The notes: generated by a model from the letters alone, not told the origin. A DNA stretch of 64,000 nucleotides from an uncultured delta proteobacterium (GCA_963772835.1 CAVYYZ010000002.1:160001-224000); one strand, 5' to 3'. Shown: positions 28,644-38,995, numbered from the stretch's first letter. Program-made: numbers and translations.

Positions 28644-28697
28644 TATTGACAATTACACGGCATATTATATACAAAACCCGTTCTTGTCTTACCATTT
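28644..28697 (+). promoter_or_regulatory. sigma70 promoter plus GntR/FadR-type operator (copy 2)
   Basis: near-duplicate of 8407-8461, including identical TTCTTGTCTTACCATTT. Confidence 0.65.
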
Positions 28698-28854
28698 TTT
28701 TGCACGCAGAGCAGAATTATCAACCTCTTGCCTGCGCCGCATTTTTTAAACACCGGGACACCAAGGAAAATCCATTGAAGAAGCACAACTTCATTCCCTA
28801 CCTTACCAGAAAGATATATTTTTTCCCGGTGTCCCGGCATGTAGTTACCTTTGA

Positions 28855-29772
28855 ATGAAAACAGATTATTCCGTGATTACGAGTAAATCTCGCGGCATCC
28901 TGTTGATATTGCTCGCAGCAATTCTCTGGGGCACAACCGGCACTTCGCAGGCATTGGCACCACCCGGCGCGCACCCTTTGACAATCGGTGCCCTGCGCCT
29001 TGCTGTCGGCGGAGGGGCTCTGTTTCTGCTGGCCCTGTCACGCGGACAGATCAACTGGGACTGTTTTCGCCAACCGGGTGTCACGTTCCTGGCGGCGGTT
29101 CTGGTTGCAACATATCAACTGACGTTTTTTGAGGCGGTGCAGACAACCGGTGTCGCCCTCGGCACGATGGTGGCGATCGGCAGCGGGCCCCTCTTTGCGG
29201 GACTGCTTTCCTATCTCGTACACAAAGAGCGCCCAGACCGCCGCTGGGTGATAGCGACTGCATTAGCGATTGCCGGATTATTGCTGCTTTTCATTCCCGC
29301 ACCCGGTAGCATACTGCAGGTACGGACAACAGGCGTACTGTTGGCACTCTCTGCCGGCGCTTCCTATGCTGGATACACGCTCGCCATCAAACGTCTGCTG
29401 CCGGGCAACTCATCAGACGCCGTCATTGCTGTTGTGTTCACACTCGGGGGAATTCTGCTTGCGCCGTTTCTGTTTTAACTCAGACCTTCGCTGGGCAATT
29501 GAAACAGACGGCCTGCTTGTTGTTCTGCATCTGGGACTGGTCGCCACTGCAATGGCATATCTGCTTTTTGCCCGCGGGCTCCGTACGGTTCCAGCAGTTC
29601 ACGCAGTGACCTTGTCACTGGCAGAACCTCTGACAGCAGCCACTCTCGGGATTCTTGTCCTCAAAGAGCATCCGACGATGACGTCAGCAAGCGGCATGGG
29701 ATTGGTTTGTCCGGATTGGTGGTACTGGGGAAACCTCGTTCCGGATACGTAAAAAAACTAACCGTTTCCTGA
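28855..29772 (+). pseudogene. DMT/EamA transporter with two compensating frameshifts
   Basis: LWGTTGT, GSGPLFAG, LAEPLTA; extra T at 29473-29476 and missing T at 29706-29708; corrected ORF 305 aa. Confidence 0.8.
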
Positions 29773-29884
29773 TCATTCGAATCATCCGGATTGTCATTTT
29801 CGGCAGATTAGCGTATGGTTTCGCATCATTTTCATATAACTGGACGCACTGTCGCAGATTTACAGTATTCAATGAGGAGCCCGC

Positions 29885-30760
29885 ATGTTTTTCCAGCAAC
29901 TTATTAACGGCATCGCCCTGGGCAGCACCTACGCGCTGATTGCATTGGGTTATACCATGGTATACGGCATCATCACCCTGATCAACTTTGCCCATGGCGA
30001 AATCTATATGGTCGGAGCGTTTGTCGGCCTGTACGCCACTTCAATCCTCAAAGTGAATTTTTTTGTTGCCATGCTTATTGCCATGCTGGTCTGCGTACTG
30101 CTCGGAGTCCTGGTAGAGCGGATCGCGTACCGTCCTCTCCGCAAGTCTTCACGATTATCGGCTCTCATTTCTGCAATTGGTGTGTCGATCTTCCTTTCGA
30201 CTCTTGCACAGATGCTCTTCGGGGCCAATGCCAAGGGATACCCGGAAGGCGTCTTTCCGGTCAAACAGATTCACATCGGCTCAGCTGAGATTTCCACACT
30301 CCAACTCCTCATTATCGCGATATCAGCCACTTTAATGATCGCCCTTGAGTTTATTGTCCACAAAACAAAGATCGGCAAAGCAATGCGTGCGACTTCAGAG
30401 GATTACAACACCGCCGCCCTGATGGGTATTAATGTCAACATGGTAATATCCTTCACATTTGCGCTCGGCTCAGCTCTGGCCGCTGCTGGAGGGGTTCTTG
30501 TCGGACTGCTCTATAATGCGGTGTCTTTTAATATGGGGCTGATGGCCGGTCTGAAGGCATTTGCAGCCGCAGTGCTTGGAGGAATCGGCTCCATACCGGG
30601 CGCCATGCTTGGAGGCTTGCTGCTGGGGGTGACCGAGGTAGCGGGTGTGGCAATCGGTTTTTCATCTTATCGGGATGCGATCGCTTTTGCCATTCTGGTT
30701 CTGGTGCTGTTGGTAAAACCGACCGGGTTACTCGGGCGAAAAATTCAAAAGAAAGTGTAA
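29885..30760 (+). CDS. livH: branched-chain amino acid ABC permease
   Basis: ALGYTMVYG, INFAHGE, GLKAFAAAVLGGIGS. Confidence 0.95.
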   Translation: MFFQQLINGIALGSTYALIALGYTMVYGIITLINFAHGEIYMVGAFVGLYATSILKVNFFVAMLIAMLVCVLLGVLVERIAYRPLRKSSRLSALISAIGVSIFLSTLAQMLFGANAKGYPEGVFPVKQIHIGSAEISTLQLLIIAISATLMIALEFIVHKTKIGKAMRATSEDYNTAALMGINVNMVISFTFALGSALAAAGGVLVGLLYNAVSFNMGLMAGLKAFAAAVLGGIGSIPGAMLGGLLLGVTEVAGVAIGFSSYRDAIAFAILVLVLLVKPTGLLGRKIQKKV

Positions 30761-30782
30761 ACATTGGAGCCGGAGTTATTAT

Positions 30783-31736
30783 ATGGGTGATTATTTACAT
30801 ATGCTGTTGGGGAACCTAAATCCTTATTATCTGCAGATCATTGTCAATATCGGAATCGGCATAATACTGGCTCTCGGACTGAATGTCGTTACAGGACTGA
30901 CCGGCCAGCTTTCTCTGGGCCACGCCGCATTTATGAGTATCGGGGCTTTCACCAGCGCCGTGCTTACTATTAAGTTCAGTATGCCGTTCAGTGTCAATCT
31001 GATTCTTACCGGGTTTCTGACTGCAGGCGTTGCCGCCCTGATCGGGCTTCCCATTTTGCGCCTGACAGGAGATTATCTGGCAATCTGCACACTTGGTTTT
31101 GCCGAGATTGTAAAGGTTGTTTTCTTGAATCTCGATATCACCAACAGGGCCCTCGGATTATCGGTTCCCGCTCCGAACACGACCATTCCGATGCCGATTG
31201 TTGTCTGGACTGTTGTTGTACTGACGATCATCTGTGTCTCCTTTATTCACAGTTCGCGCTTCGGCAGGGCGCTTATGGCTGTTAGAGGCGACGAAATTGC
31301 AGCTGAAGCGATGGGAATCAACGTAACGCTTTACAAAGTCCAGTCATTCGCTGTCGGAGCTTTTATAGCCGGTGTCGGCGGGGGGCTCTACGCTCATTTC
31401 ATGGGCTACATTAACCCCTCTGATTTTGGTTTCCTTAAATCTGTCGACATCCTCAGCATGGTTGTCCTTGGGGGGCTGGGGAGCATTACCGGCAGTGTTA
31501 TCGGTGCGACCATACTGTCAGCCGCACCGGAATTTTTACGCTTTATGGCCTCATACCGCATGCTGGTCTACGGCGGCCTGCTGGTCAGTATGATGATCTT
31601 CCGTCCCAATGGTTTGATGGGCGGAATAAGTTTCACCGGGCTGATACTGCGCGCTCTGGGACGTAAACCCCACCTTAAAACGCGTATGGAACAAAAATCA
31701 ACTGAGACACTGAGATCCGGCAATGGCGATACTTGA
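30783..31736 (+). CDS. livM: branched-chain amino acid ABC permease
   Basis: GQLSLGHAAF, LRLTGDYLAI, DEIAAEAMG. Confidence 0.95.
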   Translation: MGDYLHMLLGNLNPYYLQIIVNIGIGIILALGLNVVTGLTGQLSLGHAAFMSIGAFTSAVLTIKFSMPFSVNLILTGFLTAGVAALIGLPILRLTGDYLAICTLGFAEIVKVVFLNLDITNRALGLSVPAPNTTIPMPIVVWTVVVLTIICVSFIHSSRFGRALMAVRGDEIAAEAMGINVTLYKVQSFAVGAFIAGVGGGLYAHFMGYINPSDFGFLKSVDILSMVVLGGLGSITGSVIGATILSAAPEFLRFMASYRMLVYGGLLVSMMIFRPNGLMGGISFTGLILRALGRKPHLKTRMEQKSTETLRSGNGDT

Positions 31737-32502
31737 ACTAAAAAATGTAACTATCCGCTTTGGCGGTCTTGTGGCCGTCAACGATGTTAATCTTACGGTA
31801 GAAGCGGGGACTATTCAGGCTTTAATCGGCCCGAACGGTGCAGGGAAAAGCACGCTCTTCAACCTGATAACCGGCATCTATACACCTACCAGCGGGTCAA
31901 TATCTTTCAAAGGGCAATCTGTCAGCGGGACGCCGACCTTCAGGATAGCAGCTGCAGGCATTGGCCGTACTTTTCAGAATATCAGACTGTTCACCGACCT
32001 GACAGTGCTGGATAATATTCTGATTGGAGCCCATAGTCGCGGACATTGGAATCTGGCCGGCGCCCTGATGAAATTCACTCCATGGGTGAGAAGAGAAGAA
32101 GGAGAGTTGCTGGATCTGGCACGGGAATGCCTGCAAATGGTAGACCTATCCTATAGAGCCTTTGAACTTTCCGGCAACCTCCCCTACGGTGAGCAGAGGC
32201 GACTTGAAATTGCCCGGGCACTTGCACTCAAGCCTGATTTACTGCTGCTCGATGAACCAGCGGCCGGTATGAACCCACAGGAAAAAGGCGAGCTTATGCT
32301 GATGGTTCAGCGCATACGTGCTACCGGAATAACTGTTTTTCTGGTCGAGCACGACATGAAATTTGTCATGGGGATATCTGATCGAATTGCCGTACTTGAT
32401 TACGGTGAAAAAATTGCTGAAGGTCTGCCGGAAGAGATCAGAAAAAACCCGAAGGTTATCGAAGCATATCTCGGAAAGGGGGCTGGCGATGCTCACGCTT
32501 GA
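31723..32502 (+). CDS. livG: branched-chain amino acid ABC ATPase
   Basis: GPNGAGKST, LPYGEQRRLEIARALA, DEPAAGMN. Confidence 0.95.
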   Translation: MAILELKNVTIRFGGLVAVNDVNLTVEAGTIQALIGPNGAGKSTLFNLITGIYTPTSGSISFKGQSVSGTPTFRIAAAGIGRTFQNIRLFTDLTVLDNILIGAHSRGHWNLAGALMKFTPWVRREEGELLDLARECLQMVDLSYRAFELSGNLPYGEQRRLEIARALALKPDLLLLDEPAAGMNPQEKGELMLMVQRIRATGITVFLVEHDMKFVMGISDRIAVLDYGEKIAEGLPEEIRKNPKVIEAYLGKGAGDAHA

Positions 32503-33193
32503 TCAGCTATACGTCAATTATGGCGCCATCAAAGCACTCAAAAGCATTTCCTGTCGAGTTGAAAAGGGAGAAATTGTCGCTCTCATCGGCGCAAACGGTG
32601 CAGGCAAAACCACCATCCTGAACGCCATTTCCGCCATTATTCCAATTTTTTCGGGGTCGGTATCATTTCTTGGTGAAACGATCAGCGGCATTCCGCCTCA
32701 TGAAATAGTCAAACGCGGAATTTCACAGGTTCCTGAAGGACGGCGCGTCTTCGCCAACATGTCCGTTTTCGAAAACCTTGAAATGGGTGCCTACATTCGC
32801 ACCGATAAAAAAGCTATCCTGGAAGAGATCGACCAGGTTTTTGTCCGGTTCCCACGACTGTTCGAACGGAAAAAACAGTTGGCAAAAACACTTTCGGGCG
32901 GGGAGCAGCAGATGCTCGCCATGGGACGCGCCCTGATGTCACGTCCCAAGCTGCTGCTGCTGGACGAACCGTCAATGGGACTGGCACCAATGCTTGTGGA
33001 ACAGATTTTTTCAATCATTCAGGAGATCAACGCAAGCGGCACGACAATCATGCTCGTCGAACAGAACGCCAACATGGCACTTTCAATCGCCCATCGCGCC
33101 TACGTACTTGAAACCGGTGAAGTTGTACTGCAGGGACCGGCGGCCGACCTGGCAGCCGACCCTGAAGTACGCAAAGCCTACCTGGGCGAATAG
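32489..33193 (+). CDS. livF: branched-chain amino acid ABC ATPase
   Basis: GANGAGKTT, LSGGEQQMLA, DEPSMGLAP; start trimmed to ATG 32489. Confidence 0.95.
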   Translation: MLTLDQLYVNYGAIKALKSISCRVEKGEIVALIGANGAGKTTILNAISAIIPIFSGSVSFLGETISGIPPHEIVKRGISQVPEGRRVFANMSVFENLEMGAYIRTDKKAILEEIDQVFVRFPRLFERKKQLAKTLSGGEQQMLAMGRALMSRPKLLLLDEPSMGLAPMLVEQIFSIIQEINASGTTIMLVEQNANMALSIAHRAYVLETGEVVLQGPAADLAADPEVRKAYLGE

Positions 33194-33208
33194 CAAGGAT
33201 TCTCATAC

Positions 33209-34126
33209 GTGCATAACAAGCCCATCGTAAACCCCTACCTGGCGGTGCTGGTAGGGGTTTTTGCCGTTTCATTCTCCGCCCTTTTTGTCAGGCTTACAAC
33301 CGCCCCGGCCTTGATAATCGCCACCTATCGCCTGCTGATTACGTTTGTTGTGCTTGCACCATACGCTCTGCTCCGGCATCGCCCGGGGCTCATCCTGCTT
33401 TCCTGGAAACAGCGCGGACTGGCTGCAGCCAGCGGCCTCTGCCTCGCACTTCACCTTGTCACGTGGTTTGCCTCGCTCCGTTATACCAGCATTGCCAGTT
33501 CTGTTGTTCTGGTAACCACACAGCCGATTTTCGTGGTTATCGGCTCGTGGTTTTTTTTCAGAGAGAAAGTCAGCCGTAAGGCCATGATGGGAGGAGGACT
33601 CGCACTGCTTGGCAGTCTTGTTATCGGGGCGGCCGACTTTCAAATCGGACCGGAAGCCTTTATTGGTGACCTGCTTGCTCTGACAGCTGCAATACTCGTT
33701 TCGGGCTATCTTCTGATCGGCCGGCGCTTGAGAGGTGACGTTGCATTACCGGTCTACACATTCTACACCTACGGAAGCAGCGCTCTCGTATTGATAATTG
33801 CGAGCCTGGTTACCGGAACTCCGTTTGCACCCTATCAAACACGTGACTGGATTCTCTTTTTTGCCCTTGCAATTGTCTGTACTGTTATTGGGCATACTGT
33901 CTTTAACTGGGTGCTGCGTTATGTCCAGGCCTCCGTAGTGTCAGTCAGCGTCTTGGGCGAACCGCTGGGAGCCATCCTGTGGGCTTCCGTGTTTTTACGG
34001 GAATATCCGACGATTCGCCAGTCAATCGGAGCCGGTTGTATCTTTGGAGGTCTCTTCATCTTTACGCGTTTTTCAGCGAGTCATGGGACGACTGTTCTCC
34101 ATACTGCCGTTTGCTCAAAAGGGTGA
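33209..34126 (+). CDS. DMT/EamA family transporter
   Basis: 10 TM, SLRYTSIAS, GHTVFNW, LGEPLGA. Confidence 0.9.
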   Translation: MHNKPIVNPYLAVLVGVFAVSFSALFVRLTTAPALIIATYRLLITFVVLAPYALLRHRPGLILLSWKQRGLAAASGLCLALHLVTWFASLRYTSIASSVVLVTTQPIFVVIGSWFFFREKVSRKAMMGGGLALLGSLVIGAADFQIGPEAFIGDLLALTAAILVSGYLLIGRRLRGDVALPVYTFYTYGSSALVLIIASLVTGTPFAPYQTRDWILFFALAIVCTVIGHTVFNWVLRYVQASVVSVSVLGEPLGAILWASVFLREYPTIRQSIGAGCIFGGLFIFTRFSASHGTTVLHTAVCSKG

Positions 34127-34131
34127 CTCGC

Positions 34132-35085
34132 GTGCAAAAAAAGACAGAACTGCAGCACGGCGCAGCGACAGGACTCGGGTACGGCATTCTGGCATATCTG
34201 ATCTGGGGTTTTTTTCCCGTCTACTTCAAGGCACTAGCCGGTGTACCCCCTCTACAGGTGGTCTGTCACCGGATCGTCTGGTCGGTACTTTTTCTCTGGC
34301 TGATCATAGTCTGGCGCGGCAAATGGGGCACAATCCGGGATGCATTACACGACCGACGAGCGGTAACGCTTCTGACCGTATCGGCTCTTCTGATCGCCAC
34401 CAACTGGTTGGTATTCATCATTGCCGTGGGACATGCCCAGGTCATCCAGGCCAGTCTAGGCTATTTTATTACCCCCTTTGTCAGCGTACTTCTCGGGTTT
34501 CTTTTCTATCAGGAACGGCTGCGTCGACTGCAGCTGATCAGCCTTCTGCTTGCAGCGGTCGGGGTCCTGCTGCTGACGGTCCAATACGGCCGTTTTCCCT
34601 GGGTAGCAATGGTGCTGGCTCTTACCTTTGGCTCCTACGGCCTGTTCCGCAAGATTGTAACGGTTGATTCGCTGACCGGCCTGACCATAGAAACACTGCT
34701 GCTGGGCCCCGCTGCACTCGGCTATCTGATTTTTGTTACCTGGCAGGGGACAGGCTCTTTTCAAGCCCAGGGAGCGCTGACCACGACACTTCTGGTACTG
34801 GCAGGTGTTGCAACTGCTGTACCGCTGCTTCTCTTTGCCTCGGCAGCCCGACTCCTCCGTCTTGCAACGATCGGTTTTCTGCAGTACATCACTCCGACTC
34901 TGCACTTTCTGCTGGCCGTGTTGCTGTACAAGGAGCCGTTTTCCAGGGCCCACCTGTTCAGCTTCCTGTTTATCTGGAGCGGGCTCTGCTTCTATTCATT
35001 TGATGCCTGGCGGGGATTGAGGGAGACTAATCAGAACAGCGCTCATACGAAGTTTTGTAGTCAAAAAACGTCAGAAACACATTGA
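34132..35085 (+). CDS. rarD: RarD-type EamA transporter
   Basis: IWGFFPVYFK, HRIVWS, ASLGYFITP, GFLQYITP; GTG start 34132. Confidence 0.9.
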   Translation: MQKKTELQHGAATGLGYGILAYLIWGFFPVYFKALAGVPPLQVVCHRIVWSVLFLWLIIVWRGKWGTIRDALHDRRAVTLLTVSALLIATNWLVFIIAVGHAQVIQASLGYFITPFVSVLLGFLFYQERLRRLQLISLLLAAVGVLLLTVQYGRFPWVAMVLALTFGSYGLFRKIVTVDSLTGLTIETLLLGPAALGYLIFVTWQGTGSFQAQGALTTTLLVLAGVATAVPLLLFASAARLLRLATIGFLQYITPTLHFLLAVLLYKEPFSRAHLFSFLFIWSGLCFYSFDAWRGLRETNQNSAHTKFCSQKTSETH

Positions 35086-35187
35086 CGGTGGCTCGCCCGG
35101 AGTGATAGTGTTGCCAGCCATACAAACGCACCGAATCTGTATTCCCGGTTCCGATCGGAACATCCCACAGTATAGTTTAGGAGACGT

Positions 35188-36186
35188 ATGATGAAAAAGA
35201 TTTCGAGCCTCGCTGTATCCTTTCTGTTGGTTTCCATTGTGTTGATCTCGACCGCCTTTGCGGCAGAGGCCCCTAAAAGAGTATTGATCGGCGTATCCAA
35301 AATCGTTTCCCACCCCGCCCTTGATGCCGTTGTTAAGGGTCTGCAGGACGAGCTCGCTGCCGCAAAAATCAATGCAGAGTACGACCTGCAGAATGCAAAC
35401 GGCGATATCAATGCCGCTGCCTCAATCGCCAACAAGTTCCAGTCGGAAAATGTGACCGTGGCCGTCGGAGTCGCCACCCCCACATCCCAGTCACTGGTGA
35501 ACACCCTCAAAGGCATTCCGATTGTTTTTTCCGCGGTAACTGATCCGGTCAAGGCCGGTTTGGTTGCGTCGCTCAGCAAAGGCGACAGGAATGTTACCGG
35601 TGTATCCGACATGACCCCGGTGAAACAGCAGATTGAACTGCTGATGAGGGTCAAGAAGATCAAACGCCTCGGCCATATCTACACCAGCTCCGAAGAAAAT
35701 GCGGTTGTACTGGCCGGCATTGTCAAACAGGTCTGCAAGGATATGAATATAGAATTCGTGGAGACGACCGTTTCCAAATCCTCCGAGGTGAAGCAGGCTG
35801 TTCAGGCCATTATCCGGCGTGTGGATGCATTGTACATAAGCACTGACAACACCGTCGTCTCTGCCATGAGTGCTGTTGCGGACGTGGCAGCGAAAGCCGG
35901 AGTGCCGATCATGTCTGCCGACCCGAGTTCTGCAGAAAACTACCCTGTTCTGGCAGCCTGGGGCTTCGATTACTACAAGATGGGAAGGACTACCGGCAAA
36001 CTGGTTGTCGAAATTCTCAAAGGGAAGAAGCCTGAGCAGATCCCCACCCAGTTCATGACCAAGACCAGTGACGTTGACCTGCTGATCAATCTTGATGTAG
36101 CGAAAAAACTCGGCCTGACTTTTCCCAAAGACATCGTCAAAAGCGCCAACAAGATCGTTCAGAACGGCAAATTGACCAAGAAGTAA
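35188..36186 (+). CDS. ABC substrate-binding protein (TrpX/aromatic amino acid-like family)
   Basis: VSHPALD, NANGD, AVTDPV, NVTGVSD, TDNTVVS. Confidence 0.88.
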   Translation: MMKKISSLAVSFLLVSIVLISTAFAAEAPKRVLIGVSKIVSHPALDAVVKGLQDELAAAKINAEYDLQNANGDINAAASIANKFQSENVTVAVGVATPTSQSLVNTLKGIPIVFSAVTDPVKAGLVASLSKGDRNVTGVSDMTPVKQQIELLMRVKKIKRLGHIYTSSEENAVVLAGIVKQVCKDMNIEFVETTVSKSSEVKQAVQAIIRRVDALYISTDNTVVSAMSAVADVAAKAGVPIMSADPSSAENYPVLAAWGFDYYKMGRTTGKLVVEILKGKKPEQIPTQFMTKTSDVDLLINLDVAKKLGLTFPKDIVKSANKIVQNGKLTKK

Positions 36187-36200
36187 CTATTTCTCTGCAT

Positions 36201-36240
36201 GCGCCAGGCGATCAGTACGATTGTCTGGCGCTATTTTTTT
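36201..36240 (+). terminator. intrinsic terminator after SBP
   Basis: GCGCCAGGCGATC-N5-GATTGTCTGGCGC followed by T7. Confidence 0.75.
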
Positions 36241-36326
36241 CCGGACTGATTATCTGGGTCAGTATGTTTACAAAGTTAAACAGTGGAAAATAACTTCTAA
36301 ATTTCTAAAGGATATGCGGCATACTT

Positions 36327-37235
36327 ATGATTGAAGGGATTCTGGTAGAAGGGCTGATATACGGGATAATGGTTCTGGGGGTATTTATTACCTTCCGGAT
36401 CCTCGATTTTCCGGACCTGACAGTAGACGGTTCGTTCCCTCTGGGAGCGGCCTTGATGGTACAATGCATACTTCTCGGCACGAACATCTGGCTGGCGCTG
36501 CTGGTGGCATTTATTGGCGGAGTCCTGGCCGGAGTGGCTACGGCTCTGATTCACAACCACCTCAAGGTACCGAATCTGCTGGCCGGCATTCTGACCATGA
36601 CCATGCTCTATTCGATCAACATCCGCATCATGGGCAACCGTGCCAACATACCGGTTCTCAAGCAGGAAACCATTCTTTCCAAGGTTTCAGAAATGTTTAG
36701 CGGAACCCTGCCGGATGAATATGTACTGTTGATCTTCTTTCTGATCGTAGTGGGTATTATCAAGGTTATGGTCGATATGTTTTTCCGCACAGATCTGGGT
36801 ATGACCATGGGTGCCATGGGCAACAACGAGCAGATGGTAATCTCCCAGGGCGTGAACCCGAAGACCCTCAAAACAATCGGCGTCGGCCTTTCAAATGGGC
36901 TGGTAGCCATTTCAGGAGCATTCGCGGCACAATATCTCGGTTTCGCTGATGTCGGCCTCGGTCAGGGAATCATCATCTCCGGCCTGGCTTCAGTCATGAT
37001 CGGCGAGTTTTTGGTCATGAAAAGCAACCGTATCGCCGTATTGTCGCTCTGCGCAGTTGCCGGATCAATCATTTTTCACGGAGTCATGTACCTCGGGCGG
37101 TATTACGGCTATCTCATCCATATGACTCCCAGTGATCTTAACCTGATTAAGGGGATACTGATCATCATACTGCTGGTCGTAACGCAGAGCAAGAAATTGA
37201 AAAGGGCCGCCATCAAGGCAATGGTGGACAAATGA
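36327..37235 (+). CDS. ABC permease (TrpY-like)
   Basis: FPDLTVDGSFPLGAA, LLAGILTM, GLASVMIGE. Confidence 0.9.
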   Translation: MIEGILVEGLIYGIMVLGVFITFRILDFPDLTVDGSFPLGAALMVQCILLGTNIWLALLVAFIGGVLAGVATALIHNHLKVPNLLAGILTMTMLYSINIRIMGNRANIPVLKQETILSKVSEMFSGTLPDEYVLLIFFLIVVGIIKVMVDMFFRTDLGMTMGAMGNNEQMVISQGVNPKTLKTIGVGLSNGLVAISGAFAAQYLGFADVGLGQGIIISGLASVMIGEFLVMKSNRIAVLSLCAVAGSIIFHGVMYLGRYYGYLIHMTPSDLNLIKGILIIILLVVTQSKKLKRAAIKAMVDK

Positions 37236-38029
37236 TCACTCTTAATAATGTTTCCATGGTCTTTAATCCGGGCACCGTCAATGAGAACCAGGCGATCGAC
37301 TCCATCAACCTGAAAATCAAAGAGGGTGACTTCATCACTGTTATCGGCAGTAACGGCGCCGGAAAGTCCACGCTTTTTAACCTGATTGCCGGCACTATTA
37401 TCCCGACAACTGGTTCCCTTTCGCTGAACAACAGCGATATCACGCACGAACCGGAATTCAAGCGCGCCCGGTATATCGGCCGGATTTTCCAGAATCCTCT
37501 TCTCGGTACAGCCTCAAACATGAGCCTGGAAGACAACATGATGATCACCTACAAAAAGGGATTCAAGTGGCTGAAACGCAGTCTGAATAACCGTATGAGA
37601 GAATACTTCAGGAGTGAACTGACCCAATTGCGGATGGGCCTGGAGGATCGTATGAAAGAAAACCTGGCCATGTTTTCCGGAGGCCAGCGGCAAGCCTTGA
37701 CCTTGCTCATGATGGTCCTGTCAAAACCGGATTTGATTTTACTGGATGAGCACACCGCAGCACTCGACCCCAAAAACGCACAGATCGTACTGGAACTGAC
37801 CCACAAATTTATCAGGGAGTACCGGCTTACCTCCATGATGATTACCCACAACATGAGTCACGCTATTGAGTTCGGTAACCGCCTGCTGATGATGGACAAA
37901 GGTGAGATTATCTTCGATGTTGAAGGCGAGGAGAAGCAGGCGCTGACCGTAGAAAAATTGATCGAGAAGTTTCACCAGATCCGTCACAAATCCTTTGAAA
38001 ATGACAGGACTCTTTTGTCGGCAGAATAA
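37232..38029 (+). CDS. ABC ATPase (TrpZ-like)
   Basis: GSNGAGKST, SGGQRQAL, LDEHTAALDPK. Confidence 0.92.
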   Translation: MITLNNVSMVFNPGTVNENQAIDSINLKIKEGDFITVIGSNGAGKSTLFNLIAGTIIPTTGSLSLNNSDITHEPEFKRARYIGRIFQNPLLGTASNMSLEDNMMITYKKGFKWLKRSLNNRMREYFRSELTQLRMGLEDRMKENLAMFSGGQRQALTLLMMVLSKPDLILLDEHTAALDPKNAQIVLELTHKFIREYRLTSMMITHNMSHAIEFGNRLLMMDKGEIIFDVEGEEKQALTVEKLIEKFHQIRHKSFENDRTLLSAE

Positions 38030-38060
38030 CGTACAACTTCAGGTGATACCTACGAACGAT

Positions 38061-38096
38061 AAAAACGCCATGCTGCTCACGCTGCACGGCGTTTTT
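38061..38096. terminator. bidirectional intrinsic terminator
   Basis: AAAAACGCCATGC-N10-GCACGGCGTTTTT between convergent genes. Confidence 0.7.
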
Positions 38097-38153
38097 GGTA
38101 TATACCCGGCTGCTTCCTGACTACGGGGCACATTGGAATATCATGTATTACCG

Positions 38154-38879
38154 TTACGAGCCCTCTGGGGTCTGTTTCCCTTCCATATAGGCGTTAAAGC
38201 GACGCACATGCCCCTGTGCAACCTCCCGTGCCCGCTCCGGGTCGGCTGCAGAAACCGCGTCCACGATTTCGCGCAGGTCACTGTAATTCTCCAACAATAA
38301 TGCTCTGTTCCAAGGCAGATAGTTCTCATAATAGGTATGGATATTGTGATAGACACTCTCAAGTACCGTGATAAAAAGCGGGTTGCCGCTCATACGGGCC
38401 AGCGCCATATGAATCTGCTCATCAGTACGGACAAAGGCATCCCACCCTTTGCGCCCTTCCTTGAGATGCGCCTGCGCTTCGCCTAACCGTCTCTGCAGAT
38501 CTGCAATACCCTGTTCATCAGCCCTCTGTGCGGCCAGGGCAGCCACCCCACCCTCCATTCCTTCGCGAAATTCTGCCAGATCGCGCAACGATACGGCACG
38601 GTTGCGTATCAGCAGCCCCAGATTATCACTGAGATTATCGCTGTTAACCTCTCGAACCATCGATCCGCCGGTCACACCCGTCCGGATCTCGATCAGCCCC
38701 TTCTGTTCAAGCACCCGCAACGCCTCACGCAACGTACCCCGGCTGATCGAGAACTGTTCCTTCAATTCTCGTTCTGCAGGGAGCAGAGAGCCTGCCTTGA
38801 GAGTACCGGCCATAATGGCTTCCTGGATCTGGTCGACAACGTCCTGATAAGCCTTGCTTTGTTTTACCTGTTTAAACAT
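38154..38879 (-). CDS. GntR/FadR-family regulator (FCD domain)
   Basis: LPAERELKEQFSISRGTLREAL, D..IH..LA..SGN; divergent from putA. Confidence 0.93.
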   Translation of the reverse strand: MFKQVKQSKAYQDVVDQIQEAIMAGTLKAGSLLPAERELKEQFSISRGTLREALRVLEQKGLIEIRTGVTGGSMVREVNSDNLSDNLGLLIRNRAVSLRDLAEFREGMEGGVAALAAQRADEQGIADLQRRLGEAQAHLKEGRKGWDAFVRTDEQIHMALARMSGNPLFITVLESVYHNIHTYYENYLPWNRALLLENYSDLREIVDAVSAADPERAREVAQGHVRRFNAYMEGKQTPEGS

Positions 38880-38954
38880 ATGCAGCCCCTTTACAATTGT
38901 TGCGGTATAATACCACTACACTGTTTAGTCATACAAATATTTTGTAGGAATATC

Positions 38955-38995
38955 TTGACTTGTACCATAGATTTTGAGTTAATGGTTTAACCATT
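38955..38995 (+). promoter_or_regulatory. putA promoter with FadR-type operator
   Basis: TTGACT-N17-GTTAAT overlapped by palindrome AATGGT-TTA-ACCATT (38981-38995). Confidence 0.7.

Noticed and set aside
29841..29856. GG-N10-GC upstream of livH as sigma54 promoter
   Set aside because: Only the dinucleotides match; TGGCAC and TTGC context is poor.
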